A stretch of DNA of 64,000 nt from a virus. Within the stretch, counting starts at the first letter, position 1, and the number at the start of each line of letters is the position of its first letter. The translations under genes were made by a program, and so were the position numbers. Positions 28,024 through 37,323 of this stretch are shown one piece after another. The stretch lies in the IMG/VR virus record IMGVR_UViG_3300026097_001139, positions 24,387 through 88,386 of that record; one strand, given 5' to 3'. A model generated the notes under the pieces. That model was not told the origin of the DNA, did not search any database, and was given only the letters and a program-made list of their open reading frames with translations.

Positions 28024-28742
28024 CAAGGAAAAAAATATTAATAGTCGGCGACAGTTGGGCCGAGTCTATGTGGCGAATATCTGGTACAAAAACACTTGTC
28101 GATGATCATATAACTGGAATGCTTGAACAACACGGACACATAGTTTATAATTTTGGTTTTGTAGGACGTGGAAATGTAGAGTCATGGGAGAGCGCAGATA
28201 AATTCTTTACAGAAAACAAAGCAAACGGATATTGCTTGCCTGATTTTGTAATTTGGTTTCATACTGACGTTTTACGTGACTACGCAAGTGAACTTGTTGA
28301 TATTAAAAAAAACAATAAACCATGGACACTGACGCATTTAGTTACAAAGTCTGCAGAAAGAGCCTATGGTAAGATTTGCAAAATAATAAAAAGCCACAAA
28401 CTGACCAATCTTATATTGATAGAAGGTCAAGCTCCGACAGTTGAGCCAGAATTTTCAGAATATATCGACAAACCTTTACATACTGTTAAAAACTGGAGAA
28501 GTAAAATTGTAAATAAACACGATTTGCCCGAATCACAGTTGTTGACAGACGTCACGTTGTTCGAGTATGGCGAAAATCTTGATAGTATAGAATTCAGAAC
28601 AACCGAACTAGAAAAAATCTCAAAAATCCGCGAGGCAATGACCAATAGCTTGCTATTCCCAGACGATGCACATCCAGGACGCAAAGCACATGAGCAACTT
28701 ACCCAGCAAGTGTTAGACGTTATCCGTAAAACAAATTACTGA
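28020..28742 (+). CDS. SGNH/GDSL-like hydrolase
   Basis: IVGDSW block I, GN, C-terminal DDAHP (DxxH). Confidence 0.72.
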   Translation: MTRKKILIVGDSWAESMWRISGTKTLVDDHITGMLEQHGHIVYNFGFVGRGNVESWESADKFFTENKANGYCLPDFVIWFHTDVLRDYASELVDIKKNNKPWTLTHLVTKSAERAYGKICKIIKSHKLTNLILIEGQAPTVEPEFSEYIDKPLHTVKNWRSKIVNKHDLPESQLLTDVTLFEYGENLDSIEFRTTELEKISKIREAMTNSLLFPDDAHPGRKAHEQLTQQVLDVIRKTNY

Positions 28743-30483
28743 GACTCGCAGTGCCAAGGTTGTAATAGTCAACAGCTAACAATGCAATATCGCCCTGTGA
28801 GTACACGCCACTGTCAATGGCATTACTCCAATATGCCAAGTCGCCAGTGCTGATTTCTGTTCCAAACAGTTCTTTCCAGATTTTTTGCATCAACACACTG
28901 CTGTCGTCGCCACTGGTGAAAGAAGCGGCAGCAGCTGCAATCTCCTGCTTGCTCATGCCTTGATTGAGAAAATCCACACCAGTTTGCACTAGACCAAACT
29001 GTTGCTGTTCTTGATCTGTAAACAGTGTGTCTATGAGCTTGACCACCCAGCCTTGATCACTGCTGAGTGGTTCATGTTCCACATCGTCAACCAGCTGTTG
29101 CATGGTCAATGACCCTAGGTACACCGTGGCACGCTCACCCACATTCATTTCCCACCAACCTGTGTCCACAGGTGTTTCTTGTCCAAGCTGGATGAGATCA
29201 ACAAGCCCATCATTGTTCACGTCGTGATATACATTGAGGTTGTGCTCTTCAACGCCGTCTGTGAGTTGCACACCGTTTTCACTGTAGGCAAATTCGCCGT
29301 CAACCGGCGTAAAGCTAAAATTGGTATTGGTTGCTTGACGAAAACTGCCATCGCCATTGTTTAGCCAGAAAACCTCGTGTGCCTGTTGCCATTCTGAGTC
29401 GTTGTGAAATTCTATCCTGCGCTTGTCGATGATAAAGTCGATGTAGCCATCTTGGTTCAAGTCATCAAACTGCAAGTGCCCACTGACCGCATCTTGTGTA
29501 TTTGGAAAAACCTGATGTTCTACAAATTCACTGCGGTCATTTTGCAACAGAACCTGATAGTAGTCTGGAGACCCTGTGAGCCCACCGTCCCAATAAGCTT
29601 CGTAGATCACAATCAAGTCTTTAAGTCCGTCGTTGTTGACATCAATGTTGTAGTGATCAACTGCGCCACGTCGTGGCAATTGATCATAGCGACTGCTGAA
29701 TTCAAACTGCTGTGATTCTGGGTTGTATTCCCAAATTTCGTTGGCAGTGTTTGCATTTTCGTTAGCATAAAATCCCAGTGCTATGCCAGTGTTGCCGTTG
29801 GCTAACTCTACAAATCCTGTACCACTGGTTGGCTTGGCAGCATTGCCCTGGAACAAATCATCGTGTGTGGTCCAAGTGCCATCGCCATTGTTTTCATGAA
29901 TCACAGCTGCTTCACTGGAACTCTGATAGCCGAAGGTGGCTGTAGCAATGTCTAAATCACCATCTCTGTCGTAGTCAAAGAAGTCCGCAATATGATTGTA
30001 AGCTCTGGTATCACTGCCAAAAAAACCATCTGCCCAGCGCAGCCCTGACGCAGTGTTTTCTATGAAATGCAACTCACTGCCTGGCTTCTGGTCCGGAGTT
30101 GGATACAGTGTAGGATTTTCGAAACCAGGGTCAACAACCACGGCGTCGTCATCACCATCACCATCGAAATCTCCTACCATCATGTCTCGAGGAAATGCAT
30201 ACACGTTGCTGTTTTCATGATTTTCCATGATCTCAGCACCTTTTTCTTCATAGGTGCCAGTGCTGGCGTTCCACACCCAAACCAAGGGCTTGTTGTGAAA
30301 GCTTTCTCTCAGTGGTGCGTTGCCCTGGTTTGGAAACGTGATCAGGTCTGTGTAACCATCGCCATTGGCATCCAGCCTGGCAATGTATTCTTGAGTGAAA
30401 ACTGTTTGATCATCGTTGGCTCTTTCGGTGATGTTCCAGTTCTCATAGAACAAATTGGTGCTGTGATAGTTGAATGTCTTCAT
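28720..30483 (-). CDS. FG-GAP/VCBS beta-propeller protein with C-terminal DUF4214/S-layer-like domain
   Basis: Repeated DxN/DxDGxxD loops (DANGDGYTD, DFDGDGDDD, DYDRDGDLD, DVNNDGLKD, DLNQDGYID, DVNNDGLVD); C-terminal LAYWSNAIDSG. Confidence 0.8.
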   Translation of the reverse strand: MKTFNYHSTNLFYENWNITERANDDQTVFTQEYIARLDANGDGYTDLITFPNQGNAPLRESFHNKPLVWVWNASTGTYEEKGAEIMENHENSNVYAFPRDMMVGDFDGDGDDDAVVVDPGFENPTLYPTPDQKPGSELHFIENTASGLRWADGFFGSDTRAYNHIADFFDYDRDGDLDIATATFGYQSSSEAAVIHENNGDGTWTTHDDLFQGNAAKPTSGTGFVELANGNTGIALGFYANENANTANEIWEYNPESQQFEFSSRYDQLPRRGAVDHYNIDVNNDGLKDLIVIYEAYWDGGLTGSPDYYQVLLQNDRSEFVEHQVFPNTQDAVSGHLQFDDLNQDGYIDFIIDKRRIEFHNDSEWQQAHEVFWLNNGDGSFRQATNTNFSFTPVDGEFAYSENGVQLTDGVEEHNLNVYHDVNNDGLVDLIQLGQETPVDTGWWEMNVGERATVYLGSLTMQQLVDDVEHEPLSSDQGWVVKLIDTLFTDQEQQQFGLVQTGVDFLNQGMSKQEIAAAAASFTSGDDSSVLMQKIWKELFGTEISTGDLAYWSNAIDSGVYSQGDIALLAVDYYNLGTASLSNLFYG

Positions 30484-30683
30484 CAGTGACTCCACCTTGT
30501 TGTAGTGTCGGAAAATGTTAATCCAGGATTTTGGGCGTAATGTGCTTCAAGTTCTCGTGCAAATACAAGTTCTTGTGCCTTGAATGCAAGAAACACAACT
30601 TCTTGATCTGTCAAGTAGTCAGCACTGATATCTCCGCACAGCACTGCCTCAGCCACTGCTAACCGGTTGTCTGATAATTTCAA
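30483..30683 (-). CDS. hypothetical protein
   Basis: 66 aa, TTG start with SD GAGGA. Confidence 0.55.
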   Translation of the reverse strand: MKLSDNRLAVAEAVLCGDISADYLTDQEVVFLAFKAQELVFARELEAHYAQNPGLTFSDTTTRWSH

Positions 30684-30717
30684 GGTGTCTAGTCCTCTAT
30701 TTCAGTTTAGTACTAGT

Positions 30718-31104
30718 TTACTTGAAATTGTGTACACTGTCAAGCCATAGATCTGCTGAATCATAAAGACTCAGCATGCTTGCAGTTTTTTCGTCAAACA
30801 CCACAAGACACATGGTTTTGGGATTGCCGCGAGACACAAACCCATAAGGCCCTACTACATGTCGGCTTACTGCAAGAAGATCTTTAGGTCTTTTATCAAT
30901 TGTGGTGAAAGGAATGTACCAATGAGGACGTTTAAGGTCTTTGGTGAATACTTTTATACCCGGCCATGCAAGATGTAGATTGTTATTGTCTCTTTTGTCT
31001 TGCCACCATCTAGCCCAAGCTTCTGTCCAGGAACAATCTTTGGATTGCCATTGATCAAATGCTTCCCAAAATATTTCATTTTTCGGGGTAGATTTGTTCG
31101 CCAT
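30718..31104 (-). CDS. hypothetical protein
   Basis: Likely start MANKST; Trp-rich. Confidence 0.6.
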   Translation of the reverse strand: MANKSTPKNEIFWEAFDQWQSKDCSWTEAWARWWQDKRDNNNLHLAWPGIKVFTKDLKRPHWYIPFTTIDKRPKDLLAVSRHVVGPYGFVSRGNPKTMCLVVFDEKTASMLSLYDSADLWLDSVHNFK

Positions 31105-31369
31105 CACGCAAGAGGTATACAGAGAACAAGTCTGTATCAAATTGGTTGTTGAGTTTTTTTGCCAGGTTTATGGCATGTCCAGGATTGCTAAAGCTCACTT
31201 TTTTATATTTAGGCCCTGGGTATTGTGTAAGCAGATTAGATGTTTTAAGGTTAATAGGAGTACCATCGTAGAACACTGCCCAGATACCGTCGCTAGCAAG
31301 AACTTGCTCGTTTTTATAACTGTCTTTGTTGGCCTTTTCGGCTAACACCTGTGGTTTTGGTCTACTCAA
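31076..31369 (-). CDS. conserved phage hypothetical protein
   Basis: SRPKP.VL...GIWAVFY...GPKYKKVSFSNPGHA.NLAKKLN; TAAATA and SD upstream. Confidence 0.8.
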   Translation of the reverse strand: MSRPKPQVLAEKANKDSYKNEQVLASDGIWAVFYDGTPINLKTSNLLTQYPGPKYKKVSFSNPGHAINLAKKLNNQFDTDLFSVYLLRDGEQIYPEK

Positions 31370-31393
31370 TTTGATATCCTGTAAGCATATTTA

Positions 31394-31597
31394 TTACCAC
31401 TTTCCGCCTTGTAGCTGGACTTCAATGGTTTCCATTTGCTCTTTTTTACTTTGTTTTAGTTCATCTAAGTCACTTAGCAGTTTAAGCAGTTCAGTTTGCA
31501 AGTTTTTAGCATCGCGCAATGGCCAAGTAAAATCCTTGGCCTGTTTATTTTCCAATGTTTGCACTCGTTCTGCAAACCTTTTGATATACAAGCTCAT
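31394..31597 (-). CDS. hypothetical protein
   Basis: 67 aa ending IEVQLQGGKW. Confidence 0.7.
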   Translation of the reverse strand: MSLYIKRFAERVQTLENKQAKDFTWPLRDAKNLQTELLKLLSDLDELKQSKKEQMETIEVQLQGGKW

Positions 31598-32058
31598 ATT
31601 CTATCCTTGATGCTGCTGATTATTTCTTCTTTGGTGCGAAATGGTCCTCTGTGTTCATACCGATCTAGCATGATCAATTTCGGACATAGTATGGTTTTCC
31701 ATTTGGTTTTTTGTTTTACCTGATACCATCCCGCTGCAAACCAACTTTTGCTGTGCTCACCTTTGGTAAAAATTGGCAATTGATCAACAACATTGAACAA
31801 TGGATTGTATGGTTTACAGTTGGTTGGATACCCGTGTACTTGATGTTCTTGGTTTTGTATTTCCGGATCGCTGTCTACAAAACTAATAGGTGTAGACAGT
31901 CGTTCATTGATCATGTTCAGTGTTTTAAACTGTTCGATGCGTCCTTGCACTTTGAGGTTGTACACACCTTCACTGTTGAGCTCAATCTCGCCCACTTTAT
32001 CTGTATCGTTTTGCAGTATCCAATAGCGATCAGCTACCACTGTCTTAGCTCTTAACAT
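31594..32058 (-). CDS. conserved phage hypothetical protein
   Basis: LPIFTK..HSKSWFAAGWY...CPKLI.L.RY...GPF. Confidence 0.8.
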   Translation of the reverse strand: MLRAKTVVADRYWILQNDTDKVGEIELNSEGVYNLKVQGRIEQFKTLNMINERLSTPISFVDSDPEIQNQEHQVHGYPTNCKPYNPLFNVVDQLPIFTKGEHSKSWFAAGWYQVKQKTKWKTILCPKLIMLDRYEHRGPFRTKEEIISSIKDRI

Positions 32059-33055
32059 TCAATAAATCTCCTTGGTATTTGGCTGTTAGCCATTTAGCAA
32101 ATTGTTCTGCACTTTCGCTGAGCTTTGCTAAGTTGTGCTTGCCGCAAAATTTCATAAATCTCACGCCTACCTGTGGCACTTCCTTTTGTTCTAATTCTTG
32201 CACAATAGCTACATCAACCGCGTCCTTGATCTGTTGCGGTTGTGCTGTTAAGTCAATGAGAGCACGATTGCGTTCATAATCGTCTAGTACACGATGTTCT
32301 TCGCCGTTGTGATCAGTCCATCGACTTAGCATGAGATTGTTCCATGCATAGCCACGCTTTTCGCGATCTTCGTATGCTTCTAACAACCCCACCTTGTTTT
32401 TGGTGCCTTTTTTGCGTACACCGGGATATGCTGAAAAGATATTGTCACTGCTGTCGCCTCTCATGCATTTTTCGAAAAGCAACCAGCCTGGATCAGGTGT
32501 TTCCTTGGGAGCCTTGGTTTTCTTGTCAATGACAGGTTTTCCTTTGCCATCAAATACACCGTCTGTGGTGATCAATTGATCTGCAATACCATTGTACTGT
32601 GTAACACGATTGTTCAGCAATTGTACAAAGTCTGTGTCGCTGCTGACAATAACATGTTGATCTTCCGGATGCAGATCAATCCATCTTGCAATTACATCAT
32701 CCGCTTCTGCTTCTGGTTGACGGATAACACTGCAATTGGTCTGTGTACGCAGATACTCAATGAGATTGTCAAGAGTTTCCCAAAACATCTTGTCCTCTTC
32801 TAGTTCTGCGTCTGTGAGTGCTGCTCTTGCTACACTGCGATTCTTTTTGTATGGTTCGTAAACGTCTTTACGCCAACTACGACCTTCGAGTGCAAATACC
32901 ACATGATCTGCGCCAAATTGTTGAAATACCTTGTTTACACTGCTCATTGTGACATGCAGTGCCCAGCCTACTTTTTCTTCAGCATCAGCGGCTCTATATG
33001 CTGTGTGCCTTGCACGAAAAAACATGTTAGCAGTGTCAATAAGCAAATATTTCAT
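32045..33055 (-). CDS. rnh: RNase H / 5'-3' flap exonuclease (T4 rnh-like)
   Basis: LIDTAN, SWRK..Y..YK.NR, EADDVIA, VSSDTDFVQL, GDSSDNI. Confidence 0.9.
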   Translation of the reverse strand: MKYLLIDTANMFFRARHTAYRAADAEEKVGWALHVTMSSVNKVFQQFGADHVVFALEGRSWRKDVYEPYKKNRSVARAALTDAELEEDKMFWETLDNLIEYLRTQTNCSVIRQPEAEADDVIARWIDLHPEDQHVIVSSDTDFVQLLNNRVTQYNGIADQLITTDGVFDGKGKPVIDKKTKAPKETPDPGWLLFEKCMRGDSSDNIFSAYPGVRKKGTKNKVGLLEAYEDREKRGYAWNNLMLSRWTDHNGEEHRVLDDYERNRALIDLTAQPQQIKDAVDVAIVQELEQKEVPQVGVRFMKFCGKHNLAKLSESAEQFAKWLTAKYQGDLLNVKS

Positions 33056-33062
33056 ACTATAC

Positions 33063-33758
33063 CTAATATAGATTGTTAGTTCTTATATACTGTAACACAA
33101 TGTCAGCCCAATGTCTATGACCATCTTCGCCATAATGATAACTGTCAGGGTTCACTGTGCGCATACCAGCATCTTGTAATTGATTATGAAAGGTGCCTGC
33201 ATCCGAGTATGGGTCCATGTAACTACTACCCCAGTCTTTTTGCTGTTTTATATTGCTAAAACTGGTATTGCCATTAAAAAACACATGATCGATTCCAGCT
33301 TCATTTAGTTCCTCGTGAAAGTTCCAAATTTTTTCGTGTGCCTCGATAGTTTTTTGTTGCCAGTCCACATCTATTACGTATTGCTTATAGCGTTCTCTGT
33401 GACTTTCTGGCACTTCGTCTACGCCGCTGGCGTTAACTTGATAGTATACGTCGTCAATTAGCCACTCTTCTCGTTCCCAAGTGCTCCACTGAATTATTAC
33501 CAATGCCTGGTCGCGATTGCGTTCCATCCACTTGCGTGTAGTGCGGATGATCCTGTCATTACTACTGGCACTTTCGGCATCGCACATGAATTTACAAGCT
33601 AGCACTGTAGCTAACTGTCTCCCCCAACTCACAGACAGATTAGCAGGATGCGGACGACGCAACAAATGACCGTATTCTGGGTCATCTTCTGCAAATGCTG
33701 CTGGGTGTACTGCTTCTGCGGCAGCTGTATGACTGTCGCCATTTACATACAGTATCAT
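33063..33758 (-). CDS. SGNH-like protein
   Basis: YVNGDSH, SNDRI.RTT, IQWS, HYGEDGH. Confidence 0.7.
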   Translation of the reverse strand: MILYVNGDSHTAAAEAVHPAAFAEDDPEYGHLLRRPHPANLSVSWGRQLATVLACKFMCDAESASSNDRIIRTTRKWMERNRDQALVIIQWSTWEREEWLIDDVYYQVNASGVDEVPESHRERYKQYVIDVDWQQKTIEAHEKIWNFHEELNEAGIDHVFFNGNTSFSNIKQQKDWGSSYMDPYSDAGTFHNQLQDAGMRTVNPDSYHYGEDGHRHWADIVLQYIRTNNLY

Positions 33759-34429
33759 AAAATGCCTTCTCGTGTAGCATGGCTAAGCAGTCTATCTGCC
33801 CAAGCACGCTGGGCATCGCTGTCATAGTGATGCTGACCTGGTGTAATTTCTTTGTATCCGTTCTTGCCACACCATTTAATATAGGTCTCGCCGATGGTGT
33901 AAGGTTCAACAAAACTGCCGTGCCAATCCAGTTGATAGGCTTTTGAATAAATTCTAAATGTGTGAAAAGCATGGAAAAATATATGCGGAATTTTCATCCA
34001 CTGCAACATAGTATGCAAATTATAATACTTTTCATGCCAATACCATGCTTGACTTTCGTGGAAAGGTTTAGTAGTTTGCTGAAATTCCTTCCAATGATTA
34101 TATCTGTTACGTAATCCACTGCCGTCGATCATCGAATCGTCGACCATTTCAAGATTGTTTACCTGCATGTATTGTAATTCGCCGTACCACGGTACTAACC
34201 ATTCGCCTCGGCCCATTTCTGTAACACCAATAACAACAAAATCCGGCGTATTGTTTTGCAAGTATTCCATTGTAGTACGATAGATATAATCGTTGCTGGC
34301 ACCTGTAAAGGCATGATTTATAGTTTTGTTTGCTCTTAGTCTGCGTGATATTGTGCTAGCAATTGTAGGTTTGCCTGATTCTATTTCCGCACCGGCCATG
34401 TTGCTGTCGCCGTTGAAGTATATGTGCAT
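33755..34429 (-). CDS. SGNH-like protein
   Basis: YFNGDSN, GASNDYI.RTT, HHYDSDAQ. Confidence 0.7.
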   Translation of the reverse strand: MHIYFNGDSNMAGAEIESGKPTIASTISRRLRANKTINHAFTGASNDYIYRTTMEYLQNNTPDFVVIGVTEMGRGEWLVPWYGELQYMQVNNLEMVDDSMIDGSGLRNRYNHWKEFQQTTKPFHESQAWYWHEKYYNLHTMLQWMKIPHIFFHAFHTFRIYSKAYQLDWHGSFVEPYTIGETYIKWCGKNGYKEITPGQHHYDSDAQRAWADRLLSHATREGIL

Positions 34430-34800
34430 TATGTTACCTCTGTGTATCCGTCGCCAAGATCTCGTTTATTGCTAGGACCCTGTTGTGCTTGATCCTGTTC
34501 CCAGGTTTCCATAACAACGTGTCTACACACGTTCTGAAACCATTGATCTACAATGTCAGCATCTGTCTTACCCTGATAACCTGCTCTAACTAGATTAGCA
34601 ACAAACTTATCATTCCAGTCTAGTTCAAACGCTCCTTGACTGGGGTCCATTTCATCCAGTTCTAATCCAAGCACCGCTACATAAGGATCACCGCGCTCTG
34701 TGGCCAGTTCTTTTTCGGATTTCTTTGGTGTCTTTTTAGGTTTCTCTTGTGCTTCCGGTGTCTTAACAGGTTTTTTCTTTCCAAAAATTTTCTCAAACAT
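34429..34800 (-). CDS. conserved phage hypothetical protein
   Basis: GAFELDWNDKFV.NL..AGY...IVDQWF..VC. Confidence 0.8.
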   Translation of the reverse strand: MFEKIFGKKKPVKTPEAQEKPKKTPKKSEKELATERGDPYVAVLGLELDEMDPSQGAFELDWNDKFVANLVRAGYQGKTDADIVDQWFQNVCRHVVMETWEQDQAQQGPSNKRDLGDGYTEVT

Positions 34801-36211
34801 ATTCAGGATCCTCTTCTATCTTAAACAAGTATAACAGCAACGGCATACTTGGTTTTTGTCCATGTAGGTATTCAGTGTAAGGCACTTGTTTGATATCGTC
34901 TAGAAGATTAGGAATATCGAACTCTTGTTCTAGGACATTGTTGAGATTACTGGTATCCAAGTCATCAAATAAAGCCAAAAACATTTGATTGGTGAGATAG
35001 TTTCCTACCACGTAAAACTCTCTGCTGTTGTAGTGCTTTTCTAAAAAGCCCTGTACATCTAAGACTTTTATTTTTTTATCACCCTTGATAACAGCGTCGG
35101 TTCTGCCTCTCCACCACATTACCCCGTCGATGATTTCCAGTTTGTCTCCGACCTTGTACCACCGGTCACTGCCGATGGTTCTACAATCAAATGTTTGGTC
35201 GTCGATGTGAATTTCTGAACTGGGATTTTGTATTGGGAACCTATTTGGATTGTATGTGTCCGCATTATCTAGATCAGTGACACTTAAATAGAGATTACCT
35301 ACTTCTGTGTTGCCGAAGTTATGATATACACGTCGAGGTTTTGTTTTTGTAAGCAGTTGTTTCATTTCGTCATTGGTTGGACCAAGTATGGTAACCAAAT
35401 CGATATCATGATCAAACTCAAGATCTAAATCTGGAAGCCTGCGTATCCAATTGTAAACAACCATCCATTTTGTAATTTGATTTTTATTACAGTATTCGAC
35501 GGCCTTGGTTAGAAATTCGTCTCTACTTTCTTTCAAATGTGTTTTTTGTATACAGTGATGCTTGCTGGTCATCATCCAGCTGGGCAAACCAAAATTCAGA
35601 AACAAACTACCGTGATGCATAGTCTTGTGATGCAAGACCACGTCTTGGTTGTTGTGATCATACATTTCGATAATGGCTTTGGCGTTTTCTTGCACACTGT
35701 GATGTGAAATTTCTAACACTTTTGGAAAACCCGTTGTACCACTGGTATGTGTTTTTACCGCGGCTGTGGTAGGCTGTATTTCTACGTCTGGTATCTTGCG
35801 AGTTGCTTTCTGTATAGGCTTGATGCCGTCCTGTGTCAAAATTCTTTGAGCATGAATTATAGGACGTTTCAGCTCCAGCCTGTTGATTTCATAGTCCGTA
35901 GCATCTGTAACATAACAGTCAATGTATTCATAAAAATCTCTCCATGCAGGATGATTTGCTTGCAGTATGTTAAATTCGTGCTGTGCTGTTGCCATGCCTA
36001 GTCGCCATGCTGCCATGACCACCGGGTACACAATTTCAAGATTGTTTGGATTAAGCAACACGCTTTTGCCTAGTGTGTTGCCATCAAATGCAAGATAAAA
36101 CTGCTCCATGTAGTATTCAACTAAATCGTTGATCTGTTCTGGATATAGTATCTGATCATTGTGTTGAATTGTAATATCTGATCTACACAGATATGCAGTA
36201 TTAGTAATCAT
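34793..36211 (-). CDS. adenylate-forming (ANL/AMP-binding) enzyme
   Basis: A3 P-loop HTSGTTGFPK, A5 NFGNTE, A7 YKVGD, A8 WWRGR; likely start MITNTAY. Confidence 0.78.
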   Translation of the reverse strand: MITNTAYLCRSDITIQHNDQILYPEQINDLVEYYMEQFYLAFDGNTLGKSVLLNPNNLEIVYPVVMAAWRLGMATAQHEFNILQANHPAWRDFYEYIDCYVTDATDYEINRLELKRPIIHAQRILTQDGIKPIQKATRKIPDVEIQPTTAAVKTHTSGTTGFPKVLEISHHSVQENAKAIIEMYDHNNQDVVLHHKTMHHGSLFLNFGLPSWMMTSKHHCIQKTHLKESRDEFLTKAVEYCNKNQITKWMVVYNWIRRLPDLDLEFDHDIDLVTILGPTNDEMKQLLTKTKPRRVYHNFGNTEVGNLYLSVTDLDNADTYNPNRFPIQNPSSEIHIDDQTFDCRTIGSDRWYKVGDKLEIIDGVMWWRGRTDAVIKGDKKIKVLDVQGFLEKHYNSREFYVVGNYLTNQMFLALFDDLDTSNLNNVLEQEFDIPNLLDDIKQVPYTEYLHGQKPSMPLLLYLFKIEEDPEYV

Positions 36212-37301
36212 AAAGATCCAGCATCTCCCACGGTAAATCTGCTTTTCCAAAATGCCCATAGTTGGTAGTAGTGCGATAGATCGGACGGAACAATTGGAAT
36301 TGATCAATGATACCCTTTGGTGTAAGATCTACATACTCTCGAATGTTGTTTGTTAGTTTCTCGTTATCCCCGTTGCTTTGGACATACACACTCATTGGTT
36401 CTGTTTCGCCAATAGCATATGCAATCTGCACAGTGCATTCACTTGCTTCGCCGCTGGCTACAACGTTCTTCGCCAACCATCTAGCCATATATGCTGCACT
36501 GCGATCTACTTTACTAGGATCCTTGCCGCTGAATGCTCCGCCACCGTGTGGGCTGTACCCACCGTAGGTGTCTACAATAATTTTACGTCCAGTTACCCCT
36601 GCATCTCCGTCTGGCCCGCCGATGACAAATCGTCCTGTTGGGTTGATATAAAACCAGGTGCTGTCCAATAGATGCGGGGGAATGACACTGCGGATAATTT
36701 TTTCTACTTCGTGTTTGACAAATGCCTGCTCAGTTTCTTCTGTGTGCTGTGTACTGCACACAATGCGATCAATACCAACTGGTTTTCCATTGTTGTCGTA
36801 TTGCATGGTTACCTGACTTTTATTATCTGGGCCTAACCAGTCATAACCCGGCATTTGTTTACGGTAATCTGTCAAGGCTTGAGTGATTACATGACTCCAG
36901 TAGATAGCACTGGGCATGTACTCTTTGGTTTCGTCGCAGGCATACCCAAACATAAGTCCTTGATCGCCTGCACCAAATGTGTCTGTGCCTAGTGCAATGT
37001 CTGAGCTTTGGTCGTGCATGAGATTGCTGAATTCAAAATTCCTCCAATGAAATCCTTCTTGCTCGTAGCCAATTTCTTTTACAGTGTCACGAATTTTGGC
37101 TTCTACATAGTTCCAGTCTAGGTCCGGGCACTTGTACTCGCCTCCAATGATAACTCTGTTTGTGGTTACCATGGTTTCGCATGCACATCGCATGCTTTCG
37201 TCTTGATAGTCCATGATACAGTCAAGCACAGTGTCGCTGATTGCATCTGCAATTTTATCAGGATGGCCTTCGCTTACGCTTTCACTTGTGAAATAATACA
37301 T
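36201..37301 (-). CDS. metK: S-adenosylmethionine synthetase
   Basis: FTSESVSEGHPDK, GAGDQG, GGPDGDAGVTGRKIIVDTYGG, GGGAFSGKD. Confidence 0.97.
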   Translation of the reverse strand: MYYFTSESVSEGHPDKIADAISDTVLDCIMDYQDESMRCACETMVTTNRVIIGGEYKCPDLDWNYVEAKIRDTVKEIGYEQEGFHWRNFEFSNLMHDQSSDIALGTDTFGAGDQGLMFGYACDETKEYMPSAIYWSHVITQALTDYRKQMPGYDWLGPDNKSQVTMQYDNNGKPVGIDRIVCSTQHTEETEQAFVKHEVEKIIRSVIPPHLLDSTWFYINPTGRFVIGGPDGDAGVTGRKIIVDTYGGYSPHGGGAFSGKDPSKVDRSAAYMARWLAKNVVASGEASECTVQIAYAIGETEPMSVYVQSNGDNEKLTNNIREYVDLTPKGIIDQFQLFRPIYRTTTNYGHFGKADLPWEMLDLYDY

Positions 37302-37323
37302 TGTTTACCTTTTTGTTAGAGAT

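Noticed and set aside
36212-36307. N-terminal extensions of several track ORFs (34793, 37324, 39998, 50459, 50652, 60550, 21298, 11402)
   Set aside because: They overlap upstream genes or promoters; downstream Met codons give typical coupling or SDs
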